Source of the DNA: Malacoraja senta
Lineage: Eukaryota
Direction of reading: 5' to 3'
Assembly: GCA_038087875.1 (NCBI GenBank)
Contig: CM075978.1
Span: 62,310,001-62,374,000, forward strand
Length of the DNA: 64,000 nt
Part shown: piece after piece, positions 11,356-24,269 of the stretch
Layout of the letters: each line of letters begins with the position of its first letter
Numbering within the stretch: the first letter of the stretch is position 1
Notes under the pieces: model-generated
Seen by the model: only the letters and a program-made list of their open reading frames with translations
What the model was told of the DNA's origin: nothing
The model's database searches: none
Made by a program: the position numbers and the translations under genes

Positions 11356-11451
11356 ATTTTGATAAGACAAACCAGGGCAGGATTTACACTGTAAATGAGA
11401 GGGCTCTGAGGATAGTTGTAGAACAGAGAGACCTCAGGGTGCCAGTATATA

Positions 11452-13068
11452 CAGTGGCTTGCAAACGTTTTCATACCCCTTGAACTTTTTCACATTTTGT
11501 CACGTTACAACCTCAAACGTAAATGTATTTTATTGGGATTTTATGTGATAGACCAACACAAAGTGGTGCATAGTTGTGAAGTGGAAGGAAAATGATACAT
11601 GGTTTTCAAATTTTTTTACAAATAAAAAACTGAAAAGTGTCGCGTGCAAAAGTATTCAGCCCCCCTGAGTCAATACTTTGTAGAACCACCTTTCGCTGCA
11701 ATTACAGCTGCAAGTCTTTTGGGGTATGTCTCTACCAGCTTTGCACATCAAGAGACTGATTTTTTTGCCCATTCTTCTTTGCAAAATAGCTCAAGCTCAG
11801 TCAGATTGGATGGAGAGCGTCTGTGAACAGCAATTTTCAAGTCTTGCCAGAGATTCTCAATTGGATTTAGGTCTGGACTTTGACTGGGCCATTCTAACAC
11901 ATGAATATGCTTTGATCTAAACCATTCCATTGTAGCTCTGGCTGTATGTTTAGGGTCGTTGTCCTGCTGGAAGGTGAACCTCCCCCCCAGTCTCAAGTCT
12001 TTTGCAGACTCTAAAAGGTTTTCTTCCAAGATTGCCCTGTATTTGGCTCCATCCATCTTCCCATCAACTCTGACCAGCTTCCCTGTCCCTGCTGAAGAAA
12101 ATCATCCCCACAGCATGATGCTGCCACCACCATGTTTCACAGTGGGGATGGTGTGTTCAGGGTGATGTGCAGTGTTAGGTTTCCGCCACACATAGCGTTT
12201 TGCATTTAGGCCAAAAACTTCAATTTTGGTCTCATCTGACCAGAGCACCTTCCTCCACATGTTTGCTGTGTCCCCCACATGGCTTGTGGCAAACTGCAAA
12301 CGGGACTTCTTATGGCTTTTTTTCAACAATGACTTTCTTCTTGCCACTCTTCCATAAAGGCCCGATTTGTGGAGTGCACGACTAATAGTTGTCCTGTGGA
12401 CAGATTCTCCCACCTGAGCTGTGGATCTCTGCAGCTCCTCCAGAGTTACCATGGGCCTCTTGGCTGCTTCTCTGATCAATGCTCTCCTTGCCCGGCCTGT
12501 CAGTTTAGGTGGACGGCCATGTCTTGGTAGGTTTGCAGTTGTGCCATACTCTTTCCATTTTCGGATGATGGATTGAACAGTGCTCCGTGAGATGTTCAAA
12601 GCTTGGGATATTTTTTTATAACCTAACCCTGCTTTAAACTTCTCCACAACTTTATCCCTGACCTGTCTGGTGTGTTCCTTGGGCTTCATGATGCTGTTTG
12701 TTCACTAATGTTCTCTAACAAACCTCTGAGGCCTTCACAGAACAGCTGTATTTATACTGAGATTAGATTACACACAAGTGGACTCTATTTACTAATTAGG
12801 TGACTTCTGAAGGCAATTGGTTGCACTGGATTTTATTTAGGGGTATCAGAGTAAAGGGGGCTGAATACTTTTGCACGCGACACTTTTCAGTTTTTTATTT
12901 GTAAAAAAATTTGAAAACCATGTATCATTTTCCTTCCACTTCACAATTATGCACCACTTTGTGTTGGTCTATCACATAAAATCCCAATAAAATACATTTA
13001 CGTTTGTGGTTGTAACGTGACAAAATGTGGAAAAGTTCAAGGGGTATGAATACTTTTACAAGCCACTG
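11452..13068 (-). mobile_element. Tc1-family DNA transposon, full length, IR/DR type
   Basis: ~215-bp TIRs cagtggcttg... / ...caagccactg with inner direct repeats (aaaagtattcagcccc), TA TSD, 1617 bp. Confidence 0.97.
11670..12689 (-). pseudogene. Tc1 DD34E transposase, 340 codons with two in-frame TGA stops
   Basis: MKPKEH...GRPPKL...VLWSDETK...QQDNDPKH...[11 protein letters not shown]...GGSTKY*. Stops at 12102-12104 and 11748-11750 lie in a single frame. Confidence 0.95.
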
Positions 13069-13499
13069 TAGTTCCACAAATGTGGCAACACAGGTGGACA
13101 GATTGGTGGAGATGGCATTTGGCATATTTTGTCTTCATTCGTCAGGGTATGGAATAGGAGCTAAGGCATCACGTTACGGGTGTACAAGGTAAGGTCACAT
13201 TTGGAGTACTGTGTATAGTTCTGGTCACCCTGATATAGAATGTCATTAAATTGAAAAAGGGAGGCTGAATAGGCAGAAACATTTTCCCAGGAACATGGCA
13301 GGTTAAGGGGGTAAATATACAAGTTCATAAAATAACGAGGGGCATAGATAAGGTGAATAGCCACATTTATTTCTTCTATTAGGGGAGTCCAAAACTAGAG
13401 GACACATGTTTAAGATGAGAGGTGAAAGATTTCAAGGGACTTGAGGGCCAACTTTTCTCTCGGAGATTGATGCATGAAACAAGTTACCAGAGCAAGTGG

Positions 13500-14005
13500 T
13501 ATTTGATATTTGATATTTATTTGATATTGATATTTATTTCCTGTCATTTGAACCTCCATTTCCACAGCCATACAAACAAAACAATTCCTACAAGACACAC
13601 AACAATTCAATTTACAGAAAAATATCCATCACAGTGAATCTCCTCCTCACTGTGATGGAAGGCAAAGTCTTTTCTCTCCCCTGCACCATTTTTCTCCCGA
13701 TGTTGAAGCCCCAGGCGGGCAATGTTAAGTCCCACGGCCGTGAGGCCGCGCCGGGCGGTATACGGCCTCGCTCCGGGCCCAGAAGTCACCAAGTTGGAGC
13801 CCCCCGGCGGGCGCTGGAATGTCCCACGGCCATTAAGCCGTGCCGGGCGATTTACGGCCCAGCTCCGGGTCGTTCCAACCCTGCGACACGGGCAGGAGAA
13901 GTTGCGTTGCGGGAGCTCCGGAAAGCGGGTCCTCTCACCCGGACCCGCGAGCTCCCGATGTCACAGTCCACAGGTCTGCAGCTGGAACTCCGGAATCGGG
14001 CCGCA
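13500..14005 (-). mobile_element. CpG-rich non-autonomous retroelement (copy C, 5'-truncated)
   Basis: ctcctcactgtgatggaaggcaaagtc module and ~80-bp internal duplication, close to copy D. Confidence 0.75.
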
Positions 14006-15476
14006 GGTGGGTACAATTACGACATTTATAGGACACTTGGACAGATACATGGGGAAGAAAGGATTGGAGGGATATGGGCCAGGCGAAGGTAAGTGGGATT
14101 GGCTCAGTTAGGGCAACTTAGTCAGCATTTCTATTTCTGTGCTGTCTAATTCTGTGCCTCTAACTATATACTCTTCACAACTGTGACCTGATTTACTATG
14201 GTGGGAAAACAGGAGGTTGCAGGATAAAATTGGAACATATTATTTTTGAGGGATAAAAAGAAACAATGCAACTGTCTCCATGACCCCCAATAAAAGCTGG
14301 AAATGACAGCTCCTGCCTTCCTTCAGTTTCATATGAATGGTTGTCAATAACTGAGAAGTGTGGTCTCATTAACAAGTTGATGGTCATCCTGCTAATATAC
14401 CGTTGTCACTTGAACGACCCACATCTGCCATGATTTAAACAGAAGTATGCAGATCGTGGCATTATGGAGTTGGATGGCAACAGTGGAGTCAGATTTCTGA
14501 GTTCACTAATATATGTCTTCTGATTCTAATCTTTGTTTAAGTTTAAGCCCCACCCTCTCCTATGTCGATTTAAAATAATAAATGAAAATATCACAAAGCA
14601 TAAAACAAATCATTTTTCATGTTTAAGAACAAATACAATTATTTCCTGGAAAATGGGAGAATAATCCTTGTTATCTATGTTGTCAGCCAAACAGATGTAT
14701 TTTCCATTATTTGTGAAAAATATGTCTCTGGAGTAACTCAGGCAACATCTCTCTAATAGTAAGGTCATCTCTTTTTGCATAAATTCTTGTAGTTTTCATT
14801 ATTTTTTACTACAAAAAATCTGAGGTTAGGAATATTACAAGCAACAAGAATATGAAATGTAATACTATATGATAGAAAAGGAAAAAAAGTAGTAAATGGG
14901 ACCATGCACCTTTGGCCAATCAGAAGAAAAATGAACAGTCTGCATGCTTTGTTCATTTATACTAGGTCGGAAAGCAAAGGTGCAGGCTCGAAGGGCCTCC
15001 TCCTGCACCTATTTTGTATGAATAGTAATTGAAATAGAATGTTTGGCAACATGGGAATTGTAAATAAATGTTTAAAATTCAGGGACTGATGGACATTTGA
15101 GCACTAGGAGGTAATGAGTATGGAAATGGATGGGAAAATTGAAAAAGTAGATTGAAGAAGCAGCTTTGAGGCTTCAAAGAGCCTTCTCCCTCTCCCGTAT
15201 TATTTGCAAATTTTCAATGAATTCTTTCATTTTCTTAATCCTGTATAGGTTTTTAATTTGTGGAGTATGTTTTACACAATTTGTGGAAGTGATCAATTAA
15301 GTAACAGAATCATATTAGTAAATTGAAACATGAAATTGTATTATATGATAATAGTAATAATGTAGTAATAATAAGTAATAGTAATATTAGTAATAATGAA
15401 ACTGGATGACTAAATTGTGTATTGGAAGGTGTATTGTACAATAAGCTAATGTGACTATCATTTATTGTATAAACAG

Positions 15477-15525
15477 GATGGATAATAAAGGGAAGACCTA
15501 TATACAAAGAGATGCTGCGGAACAA
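15477..15525 (+). CDS. Host gene exon B ((K)MDNKGKTYIQRDAAEQ)
   Basis: gctaat branch-like site, ttgtataaacag acceptor and CAA|GTATGT donor. 49 nt, phase 2->0, matching exon A. Confidence 0.65.
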
Positions 15526-16064
15526 GTATGTATGAGATTCTGCTAATCTAAGGTCACTGTAAAAATATTGGAGATCTTTCCTGTTTCCTTTTCTACGATT
15601 TTCTAAATTTCTAATAAAATATGAACACTTTTAACAAGCTAGAGTGAGATAGAAAATGTATTTCATAAATTAAAGTAAAAATGGTCCCAGGTGTAAACTC
15701 TCTCCTATCAAACAGTAATGATTTGGAATGATGCCAATCCTGGCTATCAAGTGCTCATCTGAGGCCAGCTACAGTCATGAAAACATGTACAAAGCAATAT
15801 TTATTATATTTGAAAAATATATGTTAACCTTTGGGATTATCGGCATTAAGTCAACAGTCTTCCCGCCAAAATCCTTCCTCAGTGTAAACTGTTGCAACAA
15901 AATTGAATAACTGTCTGATGACTGAATTTTCTTTTTTCCCCCCTCATATTCTTAAACTCAATTTTGTAATATAAAAGTGGAAAAAAACATGTAAAGTCCC
16001 ACAAATGTCCTGCTGTCAGCATCAAGACAGTGTGGTTGGAGGTAGCCACATGAATGAGCAGCAA

Positions 16065-16545
16065 AGATAAGATAAGATATCGTTTATTGTCATTTGAACC
16101 GAGGTTCAAACAAAATTACGTTTCTGCAGTCATACAAGACACACAATTAACACAATTTACATAAACATCCATCACAGCGAATCTCCAAACACCTCCTCAC
16201 TGTGATGGAAGGCAAAGTCTTCTCTCTCCCCTGTTCCTTATTCTTCACTCAATGTTAAAGCCCCCGGCGGGCGATGGTAAGTCCCCCGGCCGTTAAGGCC
16301 GCGCCGGGCGATGTAAGGCCCTGCTCCGGGTCTTGATGTTGGAGCCCCCTGCGGGCGATGGTAGGTCCCGCGGCCGTTAAAGCCGCGCCGGGTGATGTAA
16401 GGCCCTGCTCCAGGTTGTTTTTAACCCCGCGATTCGGGCGGGAGAAGTTGCCGTTGCGGGAGCTCCGAAAAGCGGTCTCCCACCAGGAACCCGCGAGCTC
16501 CCGATGTTACCGTCCACAGGGCCTGCAGCTGGAGCCTCCGAGCTG
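16065..16545 (-). mobile_element. CpG-rich non-autonomous retroelement (copy D, 5'-truncated)
   Basis: Same 3' module. Minus-strand tail tttgaacctcggttcaaatgacaataaacgatatcttatcttatc. Confidence 0.75.
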
Positions 16546-16934
16546 TACCCTTCTGCTAGTTTCAGTGTTGAACTGGTTTATCAATTTCATCAGTTCAGAA
16601 AGGGAAGCATCGAGCATATGCACACTTGATGCACCATTACATCCATCACCTCAGTCTGGACTCAACTCTGTTCCAACATATCATCCTCACATCAACTTAT
16701 CTTGCAGGTATATCTTTCTCATTCTCCAACTACTCGGCCACCACTGGCACTCAACTTACACACAATCTTACTGTTGCCACTTGCAAATGTACACCATTTA
16801 CCACTAATCCTAATCAAAGGTCTTTTTCTTTTACGTAAGGAAAGAGTACAGAGCAGTAGGGCCAGGAGTAACTTAACTGTAGTTCTGTTGGTAATCAGAG
16901 AAGCATCAGATGTGAGGAGAAAGTTCCAGCTCAT

Positions 16935-17376
16935 ATAAGAGAATGGAGCGGCTGGGCTTGTATGCTCTGGAATTTAGAAGGATGAGAGGGGATCTTGTTG
17001 AAACATATAAGATTATTAAGGGTTTGACCACGCTAGAGGCAGGAAACATATTTACAATATTTGGGGAGTCCAGAACCAGGGGCCACAGTTTAAGAATAAG
17101 GGGTAAGCCATTTAGAATGGAGATGAGGAAACACTTTTTCACACAGAGAGTTGTGAGTCTGTGGAATTCTCTGCATCAGAGCGTGGTGGAGGCCGGTTCT
17201 CTGTATACTTTCAAGAGAGAGCTAGATAGGGCTCTTGAAGATAGCGGAGTCAGGGGATATGGGGAGAAGGCAGCATCCGGGTACTGATTGGGGATGATCA
17301 GCCATGATCACATTGAAAGGCGGTGCTGGCTCAAAGGGCTGAATGGCCTACTCCTGCACCTAGTGTCTATTGTCTA
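16935..17376 (+). mobile_element. CR1 LINE 3' end
   Basis: ORF 16943..17287 LGLYALEFRRMRGDLVETYKI...RTRGHSLRI...FFTQRVVSLWNSL followed by the tattgtc tail. Confidence 0.92.
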
Positions 17377-17894
17377 ACCATATTGTACACAATATTTATG
17401 CGCATGTGAATAAGAAAAACGTGTAACAACCTAGTAACACCTTACCTTGACAGGCTCAAATAGATGTTTAATTGAAAAGACTGTAAATATAGAAAACCTG
17501 AATTAAGAGCAGAAAATAATCCGCAGGCAATATTTGTGGAGAAAGAACGAGTTAACATTTCAGGTTAATGAGATGTTAGCCATCTCTCCATCAACAACTA
17601 TTGCCATTCTCCCATTCCCAGGGGATGCAGCACTTGCCCTTTACCTCTTCCCATCAGGAATCTAAACACCCCTTCCCAGTGAAGCAGCAATTCAATTGTA
17701 CTTTGTTCTGTGTAGTGTATAATGCTCATTGCTCTTGATGTTGTCTACTCCACATTGGAGAAACTAAAGTTTCATTCTGACTACTTTGTCTTTGGCTTCT
17801 TGTACTGTTCCAATAAAACCCAATAAAAGCTTGAAACCTAAAATTTCAACTAGGTCCAGCCCTTGGAACACAACAGTGAATTTAATAGTTTCAG

Positions 17895-18038
17895 ATCACC
17901 AGAGTTTTTATTAGAATTGGACAGTGGAGCATCAGATGCAACAAATACACTTCGAATCCTGCAGTCTTGCACAGAATTACTGATTTTTGGCAAAGTTTGA
18001 TTCTGGCTGGGCAGTGGGGGGATAATGATGATGATAAG
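17895..18038 (+). CDS. Probable host gene exon (ITRVFIRIGQWSIRCNKYTSNPAVLHRITDFWQSLILAGQWGDNDDDK)
   Basis: tagtttcag acceptor and AAG|GTTAAT donor. Exactly 144 nt, open, phase 0->0. Its acidic end continues into exon 41285. Confidence 0.5.
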
Positions 18039-18604
18039 GTTAATGGAACTGATCAATGTCTTTCATTTCTCTTCTGTTATTTTTTGAACCCCCCTGGCCA
18101 TTAGTACTCCATCGTTGTCCTATAAATACAGCTGCAAGTGCCACAGTTTGTGGTATGCCCAACATCCATTGACCTGACCCTCATTGATCATCTTCGTGAT
18201 CTCCTCAAAAAACTCAGTCAAGCTCATATGACATGACCTGCCCCACATATTTTTTGATTTGAAGTCTTTGATTAGTGTTGTACCACAGGGATCAGAGCTG
18301 CGGCTCACACTATTTATTCTATACACGAACAACTTGGATACGAACATAGGAGTTATGATTAGTAAGTTTATTAGTGAGGATAGTGTTAATAGTGAGGAGA
18401 GTGGTTGTGGAATAGAGGACGGTATGGATCAGATGGAACTTCATCTTGGTCAGTGCAAGGATAGTGAGAAGACTGGGGCAGGGAAAACCATGTATGGTAG
18501 AGCTGTAGGGATTATTGAAGAATAAGAGACCTCGATATATAGATCTAAGAATCTTTGAAAGTGGCAGCGCAGCTGGTTGAAGACGTGGAAAATTTCCTTT
18601 AATA

Positions 18605-19865
18605 ATTGCATGACCACATTTTCCTACACTATATTCCATCTGCCACTCCCAACCTGTCCAAGTCCTTCTGCAGAGTCCCTGCTTTCTCTGCACTACCTGC
18701 CCTTCCACCTATTTTTGTATCATCCGCAAACCTGGCCACAAAGCCTTAAATCCCCTTATCCAAATCATTAATATACAATGTGAAGAGTAGCGGCCCCAGC
18801 TGGCAGACAACCAGAAAAGCCCCCTTTATTGCCTCTCTCTGCCTTCTGCCATCCAGCCAACCTGCTATCCATGCTAATATCTGCTCTTTGATACCATGGG
18901 CTCTCATCTTCTTTCGCAACCTCACGTGTGGCACCTTATCAAAGGTTTTATGAAAAACTAGGTAAACAATGTCCACTGACTCTCTTTTGTCTGTCGTAGT
19001 TTTTACTTCCTCAAAGAATTCCAGCAGATTCGTCAAGCAATATCTCCCCTTCACAAAGCCATACTGACTTTGTCCTATTTTATCATGAACTTCGAAGTAT
19101 TCCGTAACCTCATCCTTTATAATGCCCAACGGATCAGTGAGGTAGGGAGGGGAGAGGGGTTATGGAGAGTGGGAGGGAGTGACTGAGGGTAGGGAGCTTC
19201 TGATGGTAGGGGAACGGAGAGGGAGGGAGAGGTGGAGGAGGGGAGGAGATGAGGGGAGAGAAGAGGGAGGGTGAAGAGGATGGGGAGAGAGTGCTGTGGG
19301 GATGAGGGGAAACGAGCTGCGTCTGCACAGTTAGAGGCTATGGGTGAGTGGTGGAATATTGCATTGAGCGAACGGGTTACGTTGGGGGAACGGGTGATGG
19401 GGTGATTAGCTCCGTGGGACACCTGTCTCCGGGGTGAGCGCCGACGCTGCATTCGGGGACGAGCCCTCTCGTGTGACATCGCGCCCCCGCCTCCCCCCCG
19501 CGTTGGGGGATGGGGCCCAACGGGTCCCACTTGGTCTAGTGGACGTTAATATCTTAGCAACCACTGACCTCAGACTAACCTGCCTATAGTTCCTATAGTT
19601 CCTATATGGGGAAGGGTTTCGGCCCGAGGCGTTGCCTGTTTCCTTCGCTCCATGGATGCTGCTGCGCCTGCTGGGTTTCTCCAGCATTTTTGTGTACCTT
19701 ATTGTTCCCACTATTCTGTTTTGCTCCCTTCTTGTACAGAGGTGATATTGGCAATTTTCCAATCATCTGGAACCACTCCTGACTCTAGTGATTCTTGAAA
19801 TATTACTATTAATGCCTCCACAATCTCTAAAGCCACCTCTTTCAGAACCCTAGTGTGCAGTCCAT
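18605..19865 (-). mobile_element. CR1 RT fragment interrupted by a Helitron-like element and a PLE-end element
   Basis: ORF 18746..19129 GQSQYGFVKGRYCLTNLLEFFEEV...FDKVPH...GPLLFTLYINDLD; upstream part in ORF 19711..20103. Confidence 0.9.
19123..19539 (+). mobile_element. Probable non-autonomous Helitron
   Basis: Ends in a GC hairpin ggggccc-aac-gggtccc (19512-19528) then CTAG. Inserted between A and T of CR1 (ataa^tggac) with no TSD. Confidence 0.65.
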
Positions 19866-20655
19866 GCTGTGATGCATCCTGATTAAATGCTTTCGATGGC
19901 GCTTGTGTAGATGTTGGTGAGGGTGATTGGCGACATGCCAAACTTTCTAAGGCTTCTAAGGAAGTAAATGCATGCTTTCCTGACCATATATTTTCTTTGG
20001 CTGGTCCAGGACCAGTGGTGATAATTATTCCTGGGAATTGAAGCTTTTGACCATCTCTACTCAGTGTCATCAATGTGTCTACTGCTTCGCTTCCTGAAGT
20101 CAATCACAACCTCCTTTGTCTTGCTGACATTGAGGGAGCAGTTGTTGTTCTGGCACCAGGATCGAAAATTCTCAATCTGCTTTCTGTATTTAGTCTTACC
20201 ATTATTTGACATTTGGCCCGCGACAGTGGTGCCGTCTGCGAACATGTAAATTGAGTTGAATTGGTATTTGGCTGCACAGTCATGATTGAATAAGGAGTAT
20301 AATAGGGGGCTGAGAACGTGCCCTTGATGGGCACCAGCTCTGAGGTTTATCAGAGGACAAATTGGTCACCTTTCCTCACTGATTGTGGTCTGTTGGTCGA
20401 GGTCCAGTTCCAGTGTTGACTCCCAATTCCACGAATTTGAAGATTAGCTTGGTTGGGATAATGGTATTGAAAGCAGAGCTATAGTCCATGAATCGGAGTC
20501 TGACGTAGGTATCCTTCTTATCCAGGTTTTCCAGGATGAGTGTAGAGGCAGTAAGATGGCTTCAGCCATGGATCTATTTTGGTGGTAGGCGAACTGCAGT
20601 GGATCAAGGCTGCTTGGGAGGCTGGATTTAATGTGTGCCATAACCAGTTTCTCGA
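19866..20655 (-). mobile_element. Rex1/Babar-type LINE RT fragment
   Basis: [24 protein letters not shown] and FADGTTVAG...SLNVSKTKEVVIDFRK peptides. Confidence 0.88.
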
Positions 20656-23224
20656 ATAAATCCACATTTGGTACAATATGTAGTTGTGAACTTCACACAA
20701 TAGGAAAGATGTTGTGGTTGTATAGAACATATAAAACATTCAGTCGTATTGTGAGGGTATGGGGATATACAAATATGGGAAAGCAGTTGAAAGCAGTTAT
20801 TCATTCATATGTGTAGGGCTCCTGGCAGAGTGATAAAAGCGCTAAAAGAATAGACACTGTTCTTCCAGCGATTGTAGGGTTGAACCTTGCAACATGAGCA
20901 TGTTAAATGGAATTGCCTAGAAATTTCAGACCACATCAATGGTTTAGGTCACATCAAAATTCAGTTGTGACCCAGGGCTGTGGCCATTGCACATTTTCAG
21001 ATTCAAATAATCTACCAGTTACTTCCCTGCTGTGACAGGGCTTGGGCAGTAGCTGAAGGGGTGGGAGGAGGGATAAATATTTGTGGGGAGTAGTGGTTTG
21101 GTGTTCAGTATGGGGTATGAAAGGCAAAGAGAAAAACAGGAGATTGGCATTAGGGCCTAGGATTGGGGACGTTGCAGAAGGAAAGGATCAAGAAAATCAG
21201 AATAATATTTTGTGGAGGAGATTGTGGAATGCCAGCATCAGGTTCTAGAGGAATTGTTGAAGATGCTGATATAAAAGATGAACTGTGAGATCAAGAAAAC
21301 CAGCGTCAAACAAAGGAGGAGATATTGGAGAGACTGACTTCATGTGTGCACTGAGACTGGAGAAACCTTTATAATGGCAGATTGGGGCGTGGTCTCAGGA
21401 TGTGGGCAGAAATGTTGGGGGGTGGGAGGGGGGGGTCAGCATCTGTGTTATGTGCCAGGCGATAGGGCTACATGCTGTCACGTCTCATGGAAGAGGGGGT
21501 GGGGGATGGGGAATATTGGCATCATGTCTTTAGGGGTCAGTATTGGGGAAGTTGGCAGCATGATCTGAAGTGGAGTGATGCAGGAAGTTGGGATGTGTTT
21601 TGGGAAGAAGATGAGCAGGGCCATTATCCTGTTACAGAGAGTTTATTGGAGGCATCAGCATCTTAATGGGGTTAATGAACTGTCCATCCTGACTGAGGTA
21701 GCACTACTGTGAAGAACAAATTCTGTCCTACTCCAAGACCAACAGCATTGTGTCGTATTTTACTCTTTAGTCTGCTGGCCCAGACTCATGGTATTTACAT
21801 CCTAAAAATATACAATGTGAAGCTAGGCCTCCTTGGTCCAGAGCTGCTCAAGGTCAGGTTACAAAGGTCAGGTCCAGCCTCCCCCACAAAAGTCAGCCTT
21901 CTAAATGACCATATTGTAAATACTGTCAAAACTCTTGGGCAGGCAACGGTTTCTCAAGGCAGTCAATTCTGAAGACAGACGTAATGGATGTTTATACAGT
22001 ATCTGATGTGTCTTCATTCCCTGAATTAGTTAATGATGTGCTCGCTTTTATTTTGAGGCTGAGTGGATGCTGTGATGGTGAATAATGGAGGAAATGTAAC
22101 TGCCGGATGATAGGGAATCGTTCTAGTAGTGCTTTCCAATAAGTTGGTTATAGGCAGTCCTGATTAAATATACACAATTAGGTTGTCTCCTCCCTACTTC
22201 TTGATCCTCATGTCTTCTCTCCATTCCCCTTCTGCTACACAACTGCTTGCCATACAGATCGTGGCAATGATTGACCCCTCATGATGTGCAGCAGCGAAGC
22301 AAACCAGATCATTACAAATACTGAGACCCTTCCCTGTGAGAACTACAAGCAGCAGAATTGATTCATGAACTGATCTGCACTCTGGCAATTTGTGTGGTAT
22401 TTGTTATATTTACCTTGCCCAAATGTGTGGAATGCACAACAAAGTTTAAAATTATTCATTAATAGTGGGTTAAATGCAGATGATACATCAAATGTTCATA
22501 ACATGAATGCATTATGATTGTTGTCAGGATAACAGACTTTAATTGTTTATGAAGCACCAGTGTAGTCACTCATTAGCGAGACATTCAGTGAATGGTATCC
22601 CTTCTGGTTGCGGTTGTGAGTTGACATGTGCTGAATCTGTCCTCACTTTAGAGACATACTGTACCACTGAACACAGGTATACTTAGCTTTATCCAAACTC
22701 TTAATTGCAAAGAAAACTTACTAGCACTGCGTACAGAATGCTACCCGTCAAGGCACGGGTGACTGGACACAGACGGACGTTCTCTGAGTCCCACACTCAG
22801 GGTCTTTCCTAGCGAGCATTTGTCCTTGAGTCTCTTTGTGGTTCCTGGTTCTCATGCTGTTCCAAGCGTTGATAGGGAGTTAAATCCTGTTTCCCATTGC
22901 TCTCCTATTACTTCTATTCTCCTCCAATGAGAAGGTACTACATCGATGGTCCTGTCCAAATCTGACCCATTTTGTCAATCATTGATTGTTCTGTTGTAGC
23001 CAGACTATGAGTTGGCAAAATATTACCTCTATTTTTAATTTCACCGATTGTGTAGCATTCTATATTTTGGTGCTGGGACAATCAGGTATTGTGGGGCATG
23101 GAATGATTTTGCTCCCGAACTCATGTTGAATTTCACTCCCTTGAAGTCTGTGGCCATGAATCTTTTGCATTAGAAATAGAAATACGCTTGGGCCCCACGA
23201 CGCACTTTCTATATCTGATTCGAA

Positions 23225-23650
23225 AATGAGTAGGTTAGGCCCTCTATTTTCTATAGCTTAGAAAAATGAGTGGAGATCTCATTGACGGTTCAAAGAGACT
23301 TCTCAGAGAGATTGATAGGATAGATATAGGGAGAGTGTTTCCCTGGCTGAGGAGGTAAAACCAGTGGTCACAGTCTCAAAATAAGAGCCAGGCCAATCAG
23401 GATTGACATGAGGAGAAACTTCCTCCCTTAGGTATAGGTGAAACTTTGGAATTCTCTACCCTGGAGGGCTGCAGAGATCGGGTCATTGAGTTTTGCCAAG
23501 CGGAGATTGATCGTTTACTGCATGTTAGGGAATTGAAGGATAAGGGGATAGGGCAGGAGAAGTGTATTTAAGATAGAGCATCACTATGATATAATTGAAT
23601 GTCAGAGCTGTTTTAAGGGCACACGTGGCTTAATACTGTTTCTATTTTTA
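23225..23650 (+). mobile_element. Old CR1 3' fragment
   Basis: Degenerate match to the CR1 C-terminal/3' region (ggtcacagtctcaaaataag, tggaattctctacc). Confidence 0.7.
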
Positions 23651-24269
23651 ATGCAATAGGTTCATGGCCACAGTCCTCATAACTGCAGGCAAAGTGGCTT
23701 TGGAGCATATCGATATTTCAGTGAGGAAACCCTTATTGGAGTGCAGATGCTTAGATGTTAATCAGAGAATTATTACTTATTGACCTTGGTTGGATCTGGA
23801 CATTTGGGTACTCGTTTCTTTCTTTCCTATTCTGCATGGCATTTTCTAATCTTCTTCATCATGCTACATTACAGGGCAATAATGCAGCTATTACAAATAT
23901 GAAGTCATGACAAATTCCTTTGGAATCCAACACATGACCAGCAGGATTCAAGAAAGCATCGTATGATTGAATCAAAACAACACTCAACATGAACGAATGA
24001 CAAATAGTTTATGATCTCTTAAAATAGCACTCGTTATAGAGCTAGGAGAAGGTTAGATAGAGCATTTAGCTCTAATTTGGCAAAGGTAGTTTTAGATGAA
24101 CATTGTAGGCTGATTCATCATAAGATTTGTGAATACGTTATGATTTCAGCAAGTGTTAGTCCTTGAGTCTGTAACATAAATGTCAAGCCTTGAGTCTGTA
24201 ACATATTCAGTGGCAAATAGCGAGATCAGTGTGTGGTATGTTTGAAATCAAGAAGGTGTTGCTGGGTCT

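Larger units (their letters stand above)
11360..14165 (+). mobile_element. CR1 3' fragment interrupted by Tc1 (11452-13068) and CpG-rich element C (13500-14005)
   Basis: CR1 sequence continues across both insertions (...gggtgccagtata | gttccacaaatgtggcaacacagg...). Confidence 0.75.

Noticed and set aside
24161-24205. 18-bp direct repeat ccttgagtctgtaacata separated by 9 nt
   Set aside because: Simple local duplication or abortive insertion with no further structure.
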